Notes: generated from the letters alone by a model not told the origin. DNA of 64,000 nt from Nannocystales bacterium (GCA_050633305.1 JBOEGF010000010.1:608001-672000), one strand, 5' to 3'; shown: positions 1 through 9,874, counted from the stretch's first letter. Made by a program: numbers and translations.

Positions 1-1288
1 CACGTTGCGTGGCTTCGCAGGCGTCAACCCGTGCAAGCAACCATTGATCGGTGTAGGCCTGGAGCCGGGTTTCGACGCGGCTCCAGGTCGCGCCGGCGTA
101 GCTGCGCCCCGTGGCTTCGAATGCGGCCTCGAGCTCGGAGATTCGCGACGCGTCCCAAATGCCTGCGAGGTGCTGCTCCATGTTCGCGCAGGCCGCAGCA
201 TCGCGTTGGAACAGTGCAACGCTGCCCCAGGTGCCGCCGACGAGGAGCCCCAACACCCCTACCGAAACACCGATCCTGCGACGGCGGATCGCGGGGTCGT
301 TGGCGAGCGCGTCGAGGAGGTGGGCCATGGAGGGCCAGCGAGCGCCGGGGTCGACCGCAAGGCCACGACGCAGGACCTCGTGTAGCCAGTTCGGTACGGA
401 GCTTTCACGGGGGGCGGGGCGGACCTCTCCCTCGCGTACAGCCAGCGCCATCGCCACCACCGACGAGGAGGGAAAGGGGCGCTCGCCATACAGCGCTTCC
501 CACAGCGCGACACAGAAGCTGAACTGGTCGCTCGGGGCCTCGACTGCCCTGCCAGCGAACTGTTCGGGCGACATATATGCGGGCGTCCCCAGCAGGGTAC
601 CGGCTTCGGTCAGCACGACGTCCATCGAGCCCAACGATGCCTCCTGCCGTCCCGATGGGCGCTCGTCGGTGGTATGCAGCTTGCCGCGCGCGAGCCCGAA
701 GTCCATGACTCGTACGCGCCCGTTGTCGTCAACCATGACGTTGTCGGGCTTGAAGTCACGATGAACGAGGCCCGCACCATGGGCCGCTGCAAGCCCGCGC
801 CCCGCGGCAATGAACACGGGGAGCACCTCTTTCCACGAGCGCGGGTCCTTACCCTTGCGCATCCACTTGCCCAGCGTTTGTCCCTCGACGAACTCCATCG
901 CGATGAAGAGCTGCTCGGCATGCGTACCGACGTCGAAGACCCTCACGACGTTGGGGTGATCGAGTTTCGCGAGGGCCTGAGCCTCGCGCTCGAGGCGGAT
1001 CTTGTCCGCGTCCGTAGCGTTGCTGTACTCGGCGTTCGTGCAGCTGCCTTGGCGCTTGAGCAGCTTGAGCGCGACCTTGCGATCGAGCTTGGGATCGTAC
1101 GCCGCCAGCACGACGCCCATCCCGCCCTCACCGAGCATGTCGGCGACCAAGTATCGGCCTACCGACTCACCCCGGCCGGGTGGAGGTGGCCCGGAGTGTC
1201 CGCCCTCAGACAGGGCCGTGTCCGAGGGCAGTGGACCGGCCGCAGGTGTCCCGACCACAGTCTCGACCAACGACTTCCGGCCGGGCAT
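1..1288 (-). CDS. Ser/Thr protein kinase with TM helix and extracellular Cys-containing domain (3' end runs off the window)
   Basis: Manual translation from ATG 1288 (not in the ORF track): GRYLVADMLGEGGMGVV, VALKLL, HRDFKPDN, DFGLAR, GTPAYMSPEQ, then RRRRIGVSVGVLGLLVGG (TM). Confidence 0.9.
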   Translation of the reverse strand, partial: MPGRKSLVETVVGTPAAGPLPSDTALSEGGHSGPPPPGRGESVGRYLVADMLGEGGMGVVLAAYDPKLDRKVALKLLKRQGSCTNAEYSNATDADKIRLEREAQALAKLDHPNVVRVFDVGTHAEQLFIAMEFVEGQTLGKWMRKGKDPRSWKEVLPVFIAAGRGLAAAHGAGLVHRDFKPDNVMVDDNGRVRVMDFGLARGKLHTTDERPSGRQEASLGSMDVVLTEAGTLLGTPAYMSPEQFAGRAVEAPSDQFSFCVALWEALYGERPFPSSSVVAMALAVREGEVRPAPRESSVPNWLHEVLRRGLAVDPGARWPSMAHLLDALANDPAIRRRRIGVSVGVLGLLVGGTWGSVALFQRDAAACANMEQHLAGIWDASRISELEAAFEATGRSYAGATWSRVETRLQAYTDQWLLARVDACEATQR

Positions 1289-1446
1289 GAGGAGCAAACG
1301 CTAACACGCGGGATGTCCTCGGGGTAGGACCGCGCGAGACGCTGGGCTGCGCCTGTGGCACCCCGTGGAAGGGGGCACGCTGGATCCGCGGAGCGCTGAA
1401 CGCCGCGCTGCTGGGCGGGAGCAATCTCCTGCGAGTCGGAGTCCGG

Positions 1447-2318
1447 TCAGTCGTCGAGACCTGAGACGCGGCTCATCTCGGCGAGTTGCCCTCCTCGAGC
1501 GTGGGTTCCGGGTGTTCGGTCCGACGCCGCGGTGGTGATCCGCGTATCCGCAGCGAGATCGCACGCCCAGCTCAGGCCCAGTAGCAACATGACGAGGCGG
1601 ACGTCGCCTTTCTCGATCGCCCGTTCACGGAGCCCTCGTGGACAAAGGTCGTCGAGCCCCGCCGTCTCAATCACTCGCGCACGGACTTGGGGCTCGGCCG
1701 TCACACGGCGCAAGGGTGCGTAGCGAACCCATGGGGACTTGCGTAGCCAGTAGGCGAGGGCGGGCCTGCGACCTAGAGGCCGTGCGGTGGAATCGACAGG
1801 GAAGCCGAGCAGGGCGGGGGCCAGGGTGCTCAACACGTGTCGGGGGTACCGTTCGCCGAGCTTCTCGCGTGCGAGAACCATGTGCTGGGCTCGAACCATT
1901 GGCGTCGCTGGATCCGTGCGGGATGCGAGCGCTCGCGGACCACCTCGCCCGGACCGATGCGATGGACATGGGTGTGAATGGTTGCGGTGCCCAGCGGGTG
2001 CTCGAACGCAGCGAGCTCGCTGAGGGTCTCGCGATTCCATGACCATGGCAGCTGGGCTCGTCGGACGACGTCAAAGACACTGAGACCGTGTACGAGCTGG
2101 CCTTGGTGGATCGCGTGCTCGGCCCAGTAGTAGGGGGTCGCGCTGAGGGGAGAGCTGACGAGGGCGGCGCGGTCCTCGTGGTCACGTGTTTCGGCGACGA
2201 AGTCGCCCGCAAGACACGGGGCCGCGGGCGTGTCCTCGAGAAGCGACTTCAATGCCGTGTGGAGCGCGACGATTGGAGTGTAGCCCGCGACGAGACGAGC
2301 ACAGGGCGAGGGATACAT
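1447..2318 (-). pseudogene. Probable asparagine-synthase-like gene remnant (internal deletion and frameshift)
   Basis: ATG 2318 with GAGGAGG RBS. The N-part (GDFVA..SATPYYW..TIHTHVHRIGPGE) resembles the Asn-synthase N-domain, and the C-part in another frame (KLGERYPRHVLSTLAPALLGFP) resembles its C-terminus. The central SGGxDS motif is absent. Confidence 0.4.
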
Positions 2319-2703
2319 GTGTCCTCCTCGTTGCCGGGCTCGCCGGATCGATTGCGTTCTGTAACCACATCTTCGAGCGGCCGCGACCGACGAGGACGAC
2401 CAGCACAAGAGTCAACTGCCGGAGACGAACTCGACCCGGCCTGTGTTTGGACGCAGCGAGTGACGTACCGCTGACTCGAGGGCCGCGCGCTCGACCCCGC
2501 TGAGCGCCCGGGCATCGACGAGAACATTCTCGCGCGTGACGAAGGGCCTGTGATACGTGGACAGTCTCGATTCGTTCGTGCCAGACATCTGCGCAGAAGG
2601 CGAGGTCGGTCGCACTCGACGTCCAGTCATCCCTGCGCTCGGGTCATCCGAGCGGTGCTGCTCTTCTCATTGTGCCCCTGCTCCGCACCGGATACGTTGG
2701 GGG

Positions 2704-3174
2704 ATGCGTTATATTAGCTTTGCGTTTGTGGTGGCGGCTTGCGTATCGGCTGGATGTGCCGGAGGCGAGACGGCAACGTTCGAGGGGGTCGTCGCTGACC
2801 ACCGCGATGAGTCCACGGTGGAGTACCGCGACTGCGGGACGGCGTCGCAGGGCAACGTGTGCGAAGAGACGGTCAGTGCGCCGATGATGTGCTTCACCGA
2901 TGCCTATGCCGCATGCGAGCCGGCGGAACTTCACCTCGACGAGACCGGAATCGACGCGGCATTCGTCAAGGTCTTGTTCGTCGAGCCATCGGGTGATGGT
3001 TGCCGTGTGACAGCGTTCACCGACCACAGCGCCGATGGTTTCAAGGGCGACTATGGCGATTTCATCGAGGATGATTGTGCCGGAGCTGCGCTGGAGGAGT
3101 TCCCGGAGGAGGAGGCCACCTGCGTGCGCTTGAGTATCCAGGGCTGCGAGGCGCGGCAGGAGTGGTACGAGTAG
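2704..3174 (+). CDS. Hypothetical Cys-rich lipoprotein
   Basis: MRYISFAFVVAACVSAGC lipoprotein signal, acidic Cys-rich mature part. Confidence 0.75.
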   Translation: MRYISFAFVVAACVSAGCAGGETATFEGVVADHRDESTVEYRDCGTASQGNVCEETVSAPMMCFTDAYAACEPAELHLDETGIDAAFVKVLFVEPSGDGCRVTAFTDHSADGFKGDYGDFIEDDCAGAALEEFPEEEATCVRLSIQGCEARQEWYE

Positions 3175-3184
3175 CTCAAAGAGC

Positions 3185-3465
3185 TTGGCCACGATCGACC
3201 CCTTTGTCCCTCGAGTCGTCGCCGTCCTCAGCGCCGACATTGCCGTGCCCGAGCCTGCGCGCGTTCTGGAGTTCTGTGGGGCCCGCTGTCCCCTCGCGCA
3301 GGTACGAGGGCGAGCAAGTCGCGAGGTCTCGCGCCGGCCGTATCGCGTGGCTGGATTTGACCGTCGCTGGGGCTGCTCAGACCCGAGATCTCTACCGACG
3401 GGTGGTCGGGTGGTCGGTGGAGGACGTGGCCGTGAAGCACGACGAAGAGGCCTACGCCGACCGGT
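3185..3465 (+). pseudogene. VOC/glyoxalase-family gene remnant
   Basis: Two pieces in different frames, VLSADIAVPEPARVLEF and GRIAWLDLTVAGAAQTRDLYRRVVGWSVEDV (typical VOC beta-alpha start), with no intact ORF. Confidence 0.55.
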
Positions 3466-3526
3466 CTGGCTGCTCTAACTTCCGGTGGGGGATGAGTCGA
3501 AGGCGGGCCGAAGCCGCGCTCGCCTC

Positions 3527-4501
3527 TCACCCCGCCGGGGGCGAGAAACACTGGATCGAGGTCTCGATGCGAAAGTGTGAGCCGTCATGGCGACGTTCGG
3601 CGTGGAAGATGTCCATCGCGTAGGTCTCTCCATCGGTGAGCCCCAACGTGTCCAGATCGATGCTGCCCGTCAGCTCGCCATGCAGACCGCCCAAGTCGAT
3701 CACCCGTGCCCCATCGACGAAGACCCAAAGGTCGTCGTCGCCGACGAAGGTAAAGACTTGGCCGGGCTCGTACACGAACGTGGTGTGGATCTCAGTTGTG
3801 AAGTGGAAGTTGTGTTGGTCACCCAATGCGTCGGGGAACGTCTCGTTGTTCGGTCCCGGTGCGCCATTCCAACCGGCGTCATCCAGAGGGAAGAAGGTGT
3901 CGTCATCGAAGACGAAGAGACCCGAGCCCGGCGCGGTCTCGACCAACTCGATGTCGAGCGCCGCGGTCACGTTGACGTCGGCCAGGTCGGCGTACCACTG
4001 CGCGAAGGTGTCGATGGAGGTGATCTGGGTCGGAGAGCTCCCCGCCGGGGGGGCCGGCGCGGCGGCGTTGTAGACCGGGAGGTCATCGGCGCCCAGGGTC
4101 GACTCGACGAGGTCGAGGCTTGGCTGTCCGCCCCAAAACGACTCAAAATCCGGATGAGTGCTCGCGAAGTCCCGCACGGTGGCGGTGAGTGTGACGGTGC
4201 CGTCGTTGCATGCCTCGGGGCCGACCGAGCCCACGTCCGAGATGGTACCGACGTCGAAGCTGACCGGACTGTCCGCGGTCGTGTCGCTGCCCGAGGGAAG
4301 GGCGGAGGTCGAGGTGGCGATGCCTGTCTCGGTACCCGAAGGGGCCGCGCTGCCAGAGGAGGACGACACGGTGGACGCGTCCGCCCCGCCCGTGCTCGAC
4401 ACAGAGGTCGTGGTGGGGAGGGAGTCAGGGCTGTCGGAGTCGGGGGCATCGCATGCGGCCGTCAGTGTGGCCACGAGGCACAGGATGGATGCGCGGTTCA
4501 T
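3527..4501 (-). CDS. Fibro-slime (PA14-related) domain lipoprotein
   Basis: Lipobox LTAAC, Ser/Thr linker, then RDF..HPDFE, FFPLD, HNFHFTTEIH, FTFVGDDDLWVFVDG, IDLGGLH, FHAER. Confidence 0.9.
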   Translation of the reverse strand: MNRASILCLVATLTAACDAPDSDSPDSLPTTTSVSSTGGADASTVSSSSGSAAPSGTETGIATSTSALPSGSDTTADSPVSFDVGTISDVGSVGPEACNDGTVTLTATVRDFASTHPDFESFWGGQPSLDLVESTLGADDLPVYNAAAPAPPAGSSPTQITSIDTFAQWYADLADVNVTAALDIELVETAPGSGLFVFDDDTFFPLDDAGWNGAPGPNNETFPDALGDQHNFHFTTEIHTTFVYEPGQVFTFVGDDDLWVFVDGARVIDLGGLHGELTGSIDLDTLGLTDGETYAMDIFHAERRHDGSHFRIETSIQCFSPPAG

Positions 4502-5733
4502 GGCTGTGACTCCTCGTAGATGATGACAGCGCTCGAGACCTGCACCTCGGGTGGGGTGTGGTTGCCGCCGTCATACTCACAGCCGGTCCCCAACGCGCAG
4601 CCCATGCAGACCGGAGCATCGGGGCGACACGTGTTCTCGTAGCCGGTCACGTCGTAGACGACCTCGACTGAGGTCCCGGCCGTTGCGTGCGCGGTGATGT
4701 CCTCGACCCACGGCTGCACCATGTCCCCGGGACACCAGCCGGCTCTGGGTAGGGTCCAGGTGCCCTGCTGGCCTGACACCGGGTTTTGGTCGCAGTCGTC
4801 GCGCCAGATCGTGCGTTGGACCGGCGCGTCGGCGATGAGGAAGCCGTGGGCGAGTTGGCAGAACTCGGCACAGTTGTCGAGGTTGCCCTGGCCGTGCCCG
4901 GTGATGACGCTCCACAGCTCCACCTTTGCGGCTTCAGGCGGCACTTCGAGCGGTGCGGCAGCGAGCTGATCGGGGAGTGGGTTGAGGGGATCGCCGAGGG
5001 TCAGTTGCTGGCGAGGCCATAATGGGATGACTCGGGTCGGAACGAGGTCGGGAACCCCTCCGGTGTATTCGAGCTGCGCGTCCACGATCCATCCGTCTCC
5101 GTTGGCGTGACCTGGGCCGACCCACGTGTCGATGTAGAGCCGAAGGGTCTGCTGCCCGGTGAGCAACGTCTGCAACGCGGTCACATCCAGCGTCCAGGTT
5201 CCGCCCACGCGGTAGGGGGTGACGAAGCGGGCGAGCTCCCAAACCGGCGGCTCCTCTCGGCCGGGTTCGGCGACCAGGCCAATGCTGCCCTTGCGATCCC
5301 ACCAGTCGCAGAGGCCGTCGGGACAGCTCAGTCGGAGCGTGAGGGTGACCGACTCATACGTGAAGCCGGGCTCGGGCAGCTCCACCTCGAAGTCCAGCTC
5401 GCGTTGGTTTTGTCCCTCGTCCCAACCGAGCCAGAAGATATGCGCGCCCTCGAAGACTGGGATCAGGGCATTCTCGCCGGGGAGGAATGCCGGCCCTTCG
5501 CCCGTGCTGTCGGCGGATGTAGTCCCCTCGGATCCCTCGGAGGACGAGGACATACCTGTCGAGCTCGAGGCAGTCGGCATGTCGACGCCCGTGGACGCAG
5601 CGCTGGTGCCTGCTTCGGGTCCCGTGGATGTCCCTGCAGGGCCATCGGCCCCGGAGCCGCCGCACCCGACCAGCATCGCCATCGAGGCGATTGCGACCCT
5701 GAGTGACCGTTTTGCGCGCACTTCAACCCTCAC
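4498..5733 (-). CDS. Peptide-N-glycosidase F (PNGase F)-family lipoprotein
   Basis: Lipobox MLVGC; CDWWDR, ELARFVTPY, ITGHG, CAEFC and RAGWCPG motifs; 4-nt ATGA overlap with the downstream gene. Confidence 0.88.
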   Translation of the reverse strand: MRVEVRAKRSLRVAIASMAMLVGCGGSGADGPAGTSTGPEAGTSAASTGVDMPTASSSTGMSSSSEGSEGTTSADSTGEGPAFLPGENALIPVFEGAHIFWLGWDEGQNQRELDFEVELPEPGFTYESVTLTLRLSCPDGLCDWWDRKGSIGLVAEPGREEPPVWELARFVTPYRVGGTWTLDVTALQTLLTGQQTLRLYIDTWVGPGHANGDGWIVDAQLEYTGGVPDLVPTRVIPLWPRQQLTLGDPLNPLPDQLAAAPLEVPPEAAKVELWSVITGHGQGNLDNCAEFCQLAHGFLIADAPVQRTIWRDDCDQNPVSGQQGTWTLPRAGWCPGDMVQPWVEDITAHATAGTSVEVVYDVTGYENTCRPDAPVCMGCALGTGCEYDGGNHTPPEVQVSSAVIIYEESQP

Positions 5734-5738
5734 AACAA

Positions 5739-5767
5739 GGGAGTGGAGATTTTGGGCCGGCGGTTAC
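5739..5767 (-). promoter_or_regulatory. Putative ECF promoter GTAACC-N17-ACTCCC upstream of the PNGase F operon
   Basis: Same architecture and spacing as the motifs at 14742, 16235 and 18927; divergent from a kinase-ECF pair. Confidence 0.45.
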
Positions 5768-5813
5768 GCGACACCCGCGAAAAACTCGATCGGGCTTGTA
5801 GACTCCGGCGGTT

Positions 5814-8024
5814 GTGGAGGACGGAGGGTCGGACGCCGGGGTGTTGTTGGGCCCTCCGCCGCCGCCCAACGCGCTTCGGGAGGAGCTCGCGCTGGCAACG
5901 GTTCAGCGGCGCTTGTTCGACTCCCACGTGCCCGCGCCCGTTCTGCGGCGCTACGTGTTGCTGGAAGCCATCGGCAGTGGTGGCTTCGGCGTGGTCCTTC
6001 GGGCCTACGACCCCGAGCTGGAGCGCGAGGTGGCGGTGAAGCTACTTCGGATTCATGTGGCCTCGACCCCAACCGGGCTGGAGGCATTGCTTCGAGAGGC
6101 GCGGATCATGGCTCAGCTGTCGCACCCGAACACCGTGACGGTGCACGACGTGGGGCGCTACGAGAGCCGCGATCTCGGGTCGGTGGGGTCGCAGGTCGAG
6201 GACCTCGGCATTCCTGTACCCGGCGTGTTCCTCGTGATGGAGTTGGTCGAACGGGGCACGCTGCAACAGCAACTCGACGCCGGGCTGTCCCCCGAGGCGG
6301 CGCTACCGATGCTGCTCGATGCGGGCCGAGGTCTCGCGGCCGCCCACGCGCTTCGGATCGTGCACCGCGACGTCAAACCGGGGAACGTTTTGGTCGATGG
6401 CGAGGGCAGGGTGCGGGTCGCCGACTTTGGGCTGTCGCAGCCGGTCACATCCGAGGTGCGCGACGCGGCGGGTACCAAACCATACATGGCGCCCGAGCGC
6501 CTCGCGGGCGGGGCCGCGACCCCAGCGAGCGACCAATACTCGTTCGCGCTGATGTGCGCGGTGGCGCTGTGGCGGACCAGTCCAGCCCGGGCACGGACCC
6601 TTCTGCATGGGTCCGCACGCACCCCCCGCGGTCTCAAGCGGCGGCTGAGGGCGGTCTTGGCTCGCGCGCTCTCCCCTGCGCCTGAGGACCGGCATGCCTC
6701 GATGGACGCGCTGGTCGAGGCGATGACGGCCGCCTCACGTCCCCGGCGTCGCCGCCTGTTGATCGGAGGCGCGCTTCTCGGCGCGAGCGCGGTCGTGGTG
6801 CCGTTCGTGCTCACAGGCGAGGACCCGTGCGCGCGCGCAGGGCAGGGCATCACCGGGACGTGGACGCCGTCGGCGCGGCGTGGTGTGGAGGCGTCGTTGA
6901 CCCGCGACGGATCCAGCTATGCCGCCGAGTCCTCGGTGGTCGTGGTGCGGGCACTCGATGCCTACGCGGAGCGCTGGGCCGTGGCGGCGGGCGAGGCGTG
7001 TGCCGACACCCATGTTCGGCGGGTTCAGTCCGAAGCCCGACTCGACGTCCGCATCGACTGCCTCGAACGCCTGCGCTTGGAATTCGCAGAAGCCGTCGAT
7101 CTGTTGCAAGAGGCCGATGCGAGCCTGCTTCCGCGAGCGGTCGAGGTGGTGCATGGGCTGGGCTGGATCGCCGCGTGCGACGAACCCACCGGCGAGCCGT
7201 CTAGGCTTCCCGAGGACCCCGACGCCCGCAGCCGCCATGCGGAGCGAAGCCGTCGCCTCGCCCGCGCGAAGCTGCTGGAGTTGTCGGGGCGCTACGCCGA
7301 GGCCATGGCGTTGGCCGACGAGGTGAGCTCGGACCACGAGGCCGGGGAGGTACAGCGCGCCATGGCACGCCTGAGGCATGGAAGCGCAGCCGCAGCCCGG
7401 GGTCGGTACGTCGTTGCCAAGGCATCGCTGCTGGAGTCGATTCAGATCGCCGAGGCGGCACATGCCGATGCCGTGGTGGTCGATGGCTGGCTGCGGTTGC
7501 TGTGGGTGGCCGGCGTCGAGCTCGGTGAGACCGAAGGCGAGACCTGGGCCGACTTCGCTCGGGCAGCCCTCGACCGGCTGGGCGACGACGCTCGTCGGGA
7601 GGCCGAGTTGGCGCACGGCTTGGGAGGGCTTGCCTACCGGGCCGAGCGCTACGACGAGGCGTTGACCCACTACCAGCGCGCGCTGAGGGTCCAAAAGACC
7701 CTGCTCACACCCGACGACCCCACGCTCGCGAGGACGCTGAATCACATCGCGAATGTGTTGATCATGCTCGCCGACTACGACGGTGCCGAGCGCCACATCG
7801 AGCAGTCGTTGGCGATTCGGCGAGGTGTGTTGGGGGAACACCATCCGCTCGTTGCGGCCGCGCTCAACAACCTCGTCCTGGTGCATCTGGAGCGAGGAAA
7901 CCTGGCGCGCGCGCGTGTGACCTTGGCGCACGCCGAGTCGATCACCGACGGCCTGGACGGACCCGAAGCCTCGGTCGTGGCCGAGTTGCACAAGCGGCTT
8001 GCGAAGGCGGAGGGGAAGCCGTGA
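5814..8024 (+). CDS. Ser/Thr kinase - TM - TPR receptor
   Basis: IGSGGFGVV, VAVKLL, HRDVKPGN, DFGL, GTKPYMAPE; TM after RRRR; TPR repeats (EALTHYQRAL, HPLVAAALNNL). Confidence 0.92.
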   Translation: MEDGGSDAGVLLGPPPPPNALREELALATVQRRLFDSHVPAPVLRRYVLLEAIGSGGFGVVLRAYDPELEREVAVKLLRIHVASTPTGLEALLREARIMAQLSHPNTVTVHDVGRYESRDLGSVGSQVEDLGIPVPGVFLVMELVERGTLQQQLDAGLSPEAALPMLLDAGRGLAAAHALRIVHRDVKPGNVLVDGEGRVRVADFGLSQPVTSEVRDAAGTKPYMAPERLAGGAATPASDQYSFALMCAVALWRTSPARARTLLHGSARTPRGLKRRLRAVLARALSPAPEDRHASMDALVEAMTAASRPRRRRLLIGGALLGASAVVVPFVLTGEDPCARAGQGITGTWTPSARRGVEASLTRDGSSYAAESSVVVVRALDAYAERWAVAAGEACADTHVRRVQSEARLDVRIDCLERLRLEFAEAVDLLQEADASLLPRAVEVVHGLGWIAACDEPTGEPSRLPEDPDARSRHAERSRRLARAKLLELSGRYAEAMALADEVSSDHEAGEVQRAMARLRHGSAAAARGRYVVAKASLLESIQIAEAAHADAVVVDGWLRLLWVAGVELGETEGETWADFARAALDRLGDDARREAELAHGLGGLAYRAERYDEALTHYQRALRVQKTLLTPDDPTLARTLNHIANVLIMLADYDGAERHIEQSLAIRRGVLGEHHPLVAAALNNLVLVHLERGNLARARVTLAHAESITDGLDGPEASVVAELHKRLAKAEGKP

Positions 8025-8626
8025 GCACCCAGGATGTCGCGTTGCTCGAGCGCTGGCGCGGTGGGGACAAGGCCGCCGGAGAGGCCCTGACGCGGCGGGG
8101 GTTCCCGCTCGTGTTCCGGTTCTTCGACACCAAAGTGCCCTCCCAAGCGCTCGACCTCTCGCAGCAGACCTTTCTCGCCTTGGTCGAAGGTCGTGGCCGG
8201 GCAGAGATTCGCAGCAGCTTTCGGGCCTACCTGCTGGGCATCGCAAGGCACGTCCTGATCGCCCATCTGAGGCGCAACTACCGGTCCGGCTTTGAGCCTG
8301 CGCACCTCTCCGTGCTGGAGGCTTTGCCCGACCTCGCAACGACACCCACTGCACGACTGCATGCCGCACAGCAGCGGGCCCATGTCGTCCAAGCTCTGCA
8401 GAAACTCGCCCTCGACCATCAGGTTGCGCTCGAGATGCACTACTGGAACGAGTTGAGCATCGCCGAGATCGCCGACGTCCTCGACTGCACACCCGGGAGC
8501 ATCAAGGCTCGCTTGTTTCGCGCCCGCAAGGCGCTCCAGGCTGCAGTGGCTGCGTTGCGAGACGGGACGGAGCCTGCGTTGGGCGCACTCGAGGATGAAC
8601 TCAGCTCCGTCGCTCCGAAACTTTGA
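8021..8626 (+). CDS. ECF sigma factor, translationally coupled to the kinase
   Basis: Region 2 (DLSQQTFL..SFRAYLLGIAR) and region 4 (ELSIAEIADVLDCTPGSIKARLFRAR); GTGA overlap. Confidence 0.92.
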   Translation: MSTQDVALLERWRGGDKAAGEALTRRGFPLVFRFFDTKVPSQALDLSQQTFLALVEGRGRAEIRSSFRAYLLGIARHVLIAHLRRNYRSGFEPAHLSVLEALPDLATTPTARLHAAQQRAHVVQALQKLALDHQVALEMHYWNELSIAEIADVLDCTPGSIKARLFRARKALQAAVAALRDGTEPALGALEDELSSVAPKL

Positions 8627-8911
8627 GTGCGAGCAAGCTACAGTCGACGGAGGAATGGAAGGGAACCCCGTCGGGGTCGGCCCAGAGCCCGCTGCGGAAG
8701 CTGTTGACACAGACGCGAACGGCTGGAGAGTCGATGAGTCGCGGATGTCTCACTCCCGGCGTCCCACGAGGGGCACCTCGACCCAGGTGGAAGAGGCGGG
8801 CCTCTGCGTTGTCCCCGTCGGCCCGTCGCAATCCGGTTCCGTCTTGCCTGTTCGTTCGGCCGTGGACACCCTCGGCGGGCCCACAAGGGGAGGCGAACTG
8901 GGCGGAAGGTT

Positions 8912-9874
8912 TCATGTCAAGTGGTAGTAGATCAGATGGGTTACTGCTGCGCGAGCGTCGTCGGGGATCATGTGTTCGCTGCCATCTCCCTTGATCCAGC
9001 ATCGACTATCGAAACCTGGGGGCATCTCTTTGTCGTGAGTGTACGAGGCAGGTTTTGCGCCTGAGAAGCTTGAGGAGGCATCTTGGCATCGCCCCAGGCT
9101 GACTTTGCACATTAGGATGACCCGTCGCTTGGGCTGGCCAGGAGCCCCCTTCTTGTGGCAATTACACTTTTTGGCGGTGTGGCAACCTGGGCACTGTGTG
9201 TAAGTTGCGCATTTTGCGAAGTTGTCACTGAAGTACGTACCCCATCCGAGGGCGCCATAGCCGGTCATCCACGTGGGTTGCTTGAAATTCCGGTTGAATC
9301 CTCCGGATATGATGTTCTTGAGAATGTCCTTGCCTGTCCCGTGAAAGAGGGCGACCTCGTTGAGGTTCGGTGAAATCCGCAGCCCCAGGCGCTGCCCGAC
9401 TGCAGATGCCGCGTTCCGGACTGTCGCATTGGACCACAGATTTCTGGCGACGGTTGGTTCTCCGCCGACGGATGAGGCCACGCGAGAATATGTGCTTTGT
9501 GTCCGGCGTTGTTGTCCGCGCTGTATGGACGCCTTGATCGTCGTCTGCTCCCAGGAGCCCTTTTTTGCGTCGTATCGGGCCCCGTTCGTGCTCGAACCGA
9601 CGGGAACGATTCGGTCGATCACGATGGTGTTGTGATGCCCTCCCGCCCCCGGTCCGCCGGACCAAATCTCGCCAGCCGCCGACGAGAGCATTTCAGCCCA
9701 CGAGCCTGCACGCAGCATCCTGGCGGGCTCCGAGCGCATCGCGGTGTACCCGGCAGGAAACGCATTCACGTAGGCGCTGATGTCCGTGTGGAGGGGAGAG
9801 CCGGCCGGGATGTCGCCGGCCGCTTGGAATGATTTGCCGTTTCCATCGTTCCATCGTTTGAGGTTGCTCGTCAT
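8912..9874 (-). CDS. PARP/tankyrase-like ADP-ribosyltransferase catalytic-domain protein (320 aa)
   Basis: ATG 9874 with AAGGAG RBS; NEVALFHGT, IISGGF, GALGWGTYFSD, KCATY, ILMCKVSLG, PPGFDS, SEHMI, THLIYY. Confidence 0.85.
   Translation of the reverse strand: MTSNLKRWNDGNGKSFQAAGDIPAGSPLHTDISAYVNAFPAGYTAMRSEPARMLRAGSWAEMLSSAAGEIWSGGPGAGGHHNTIVIDRIVPVGSSTNGARYDAKKGSWEQTTIKASIQRGQQRRTQSTYSRVASSVGGEPTVARNLWSNATVRNAASAVGQRLGLRISPNLNEVALFHGTGKDILKNIISGGFNRNFKQPTWMTGYGALGWGTYFSDNFAKCATYTQCPGCHTAKKCNCHKKGAPGQPKRRVILMCKVSLGRCQDASSSFSGAKPASYTHDKEMPPGFDSRCWIKGDGSEHMIPDDARAAVTHLIYYHLT

Noticed and set aside
1830..2318. Asn-synthase-like fragment as a lasso-peptide cyclase
   Set aside because: No precursor, B-protein or RRE nearby, and the catalytic domain is missing
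9179..9193. CPGCH in the PARP-like protein as a heme c site
   Set aside because: No export signal; it sits at the tankyrase Zn-insertion position with further Cys/His residues, so metal binding is more plausible
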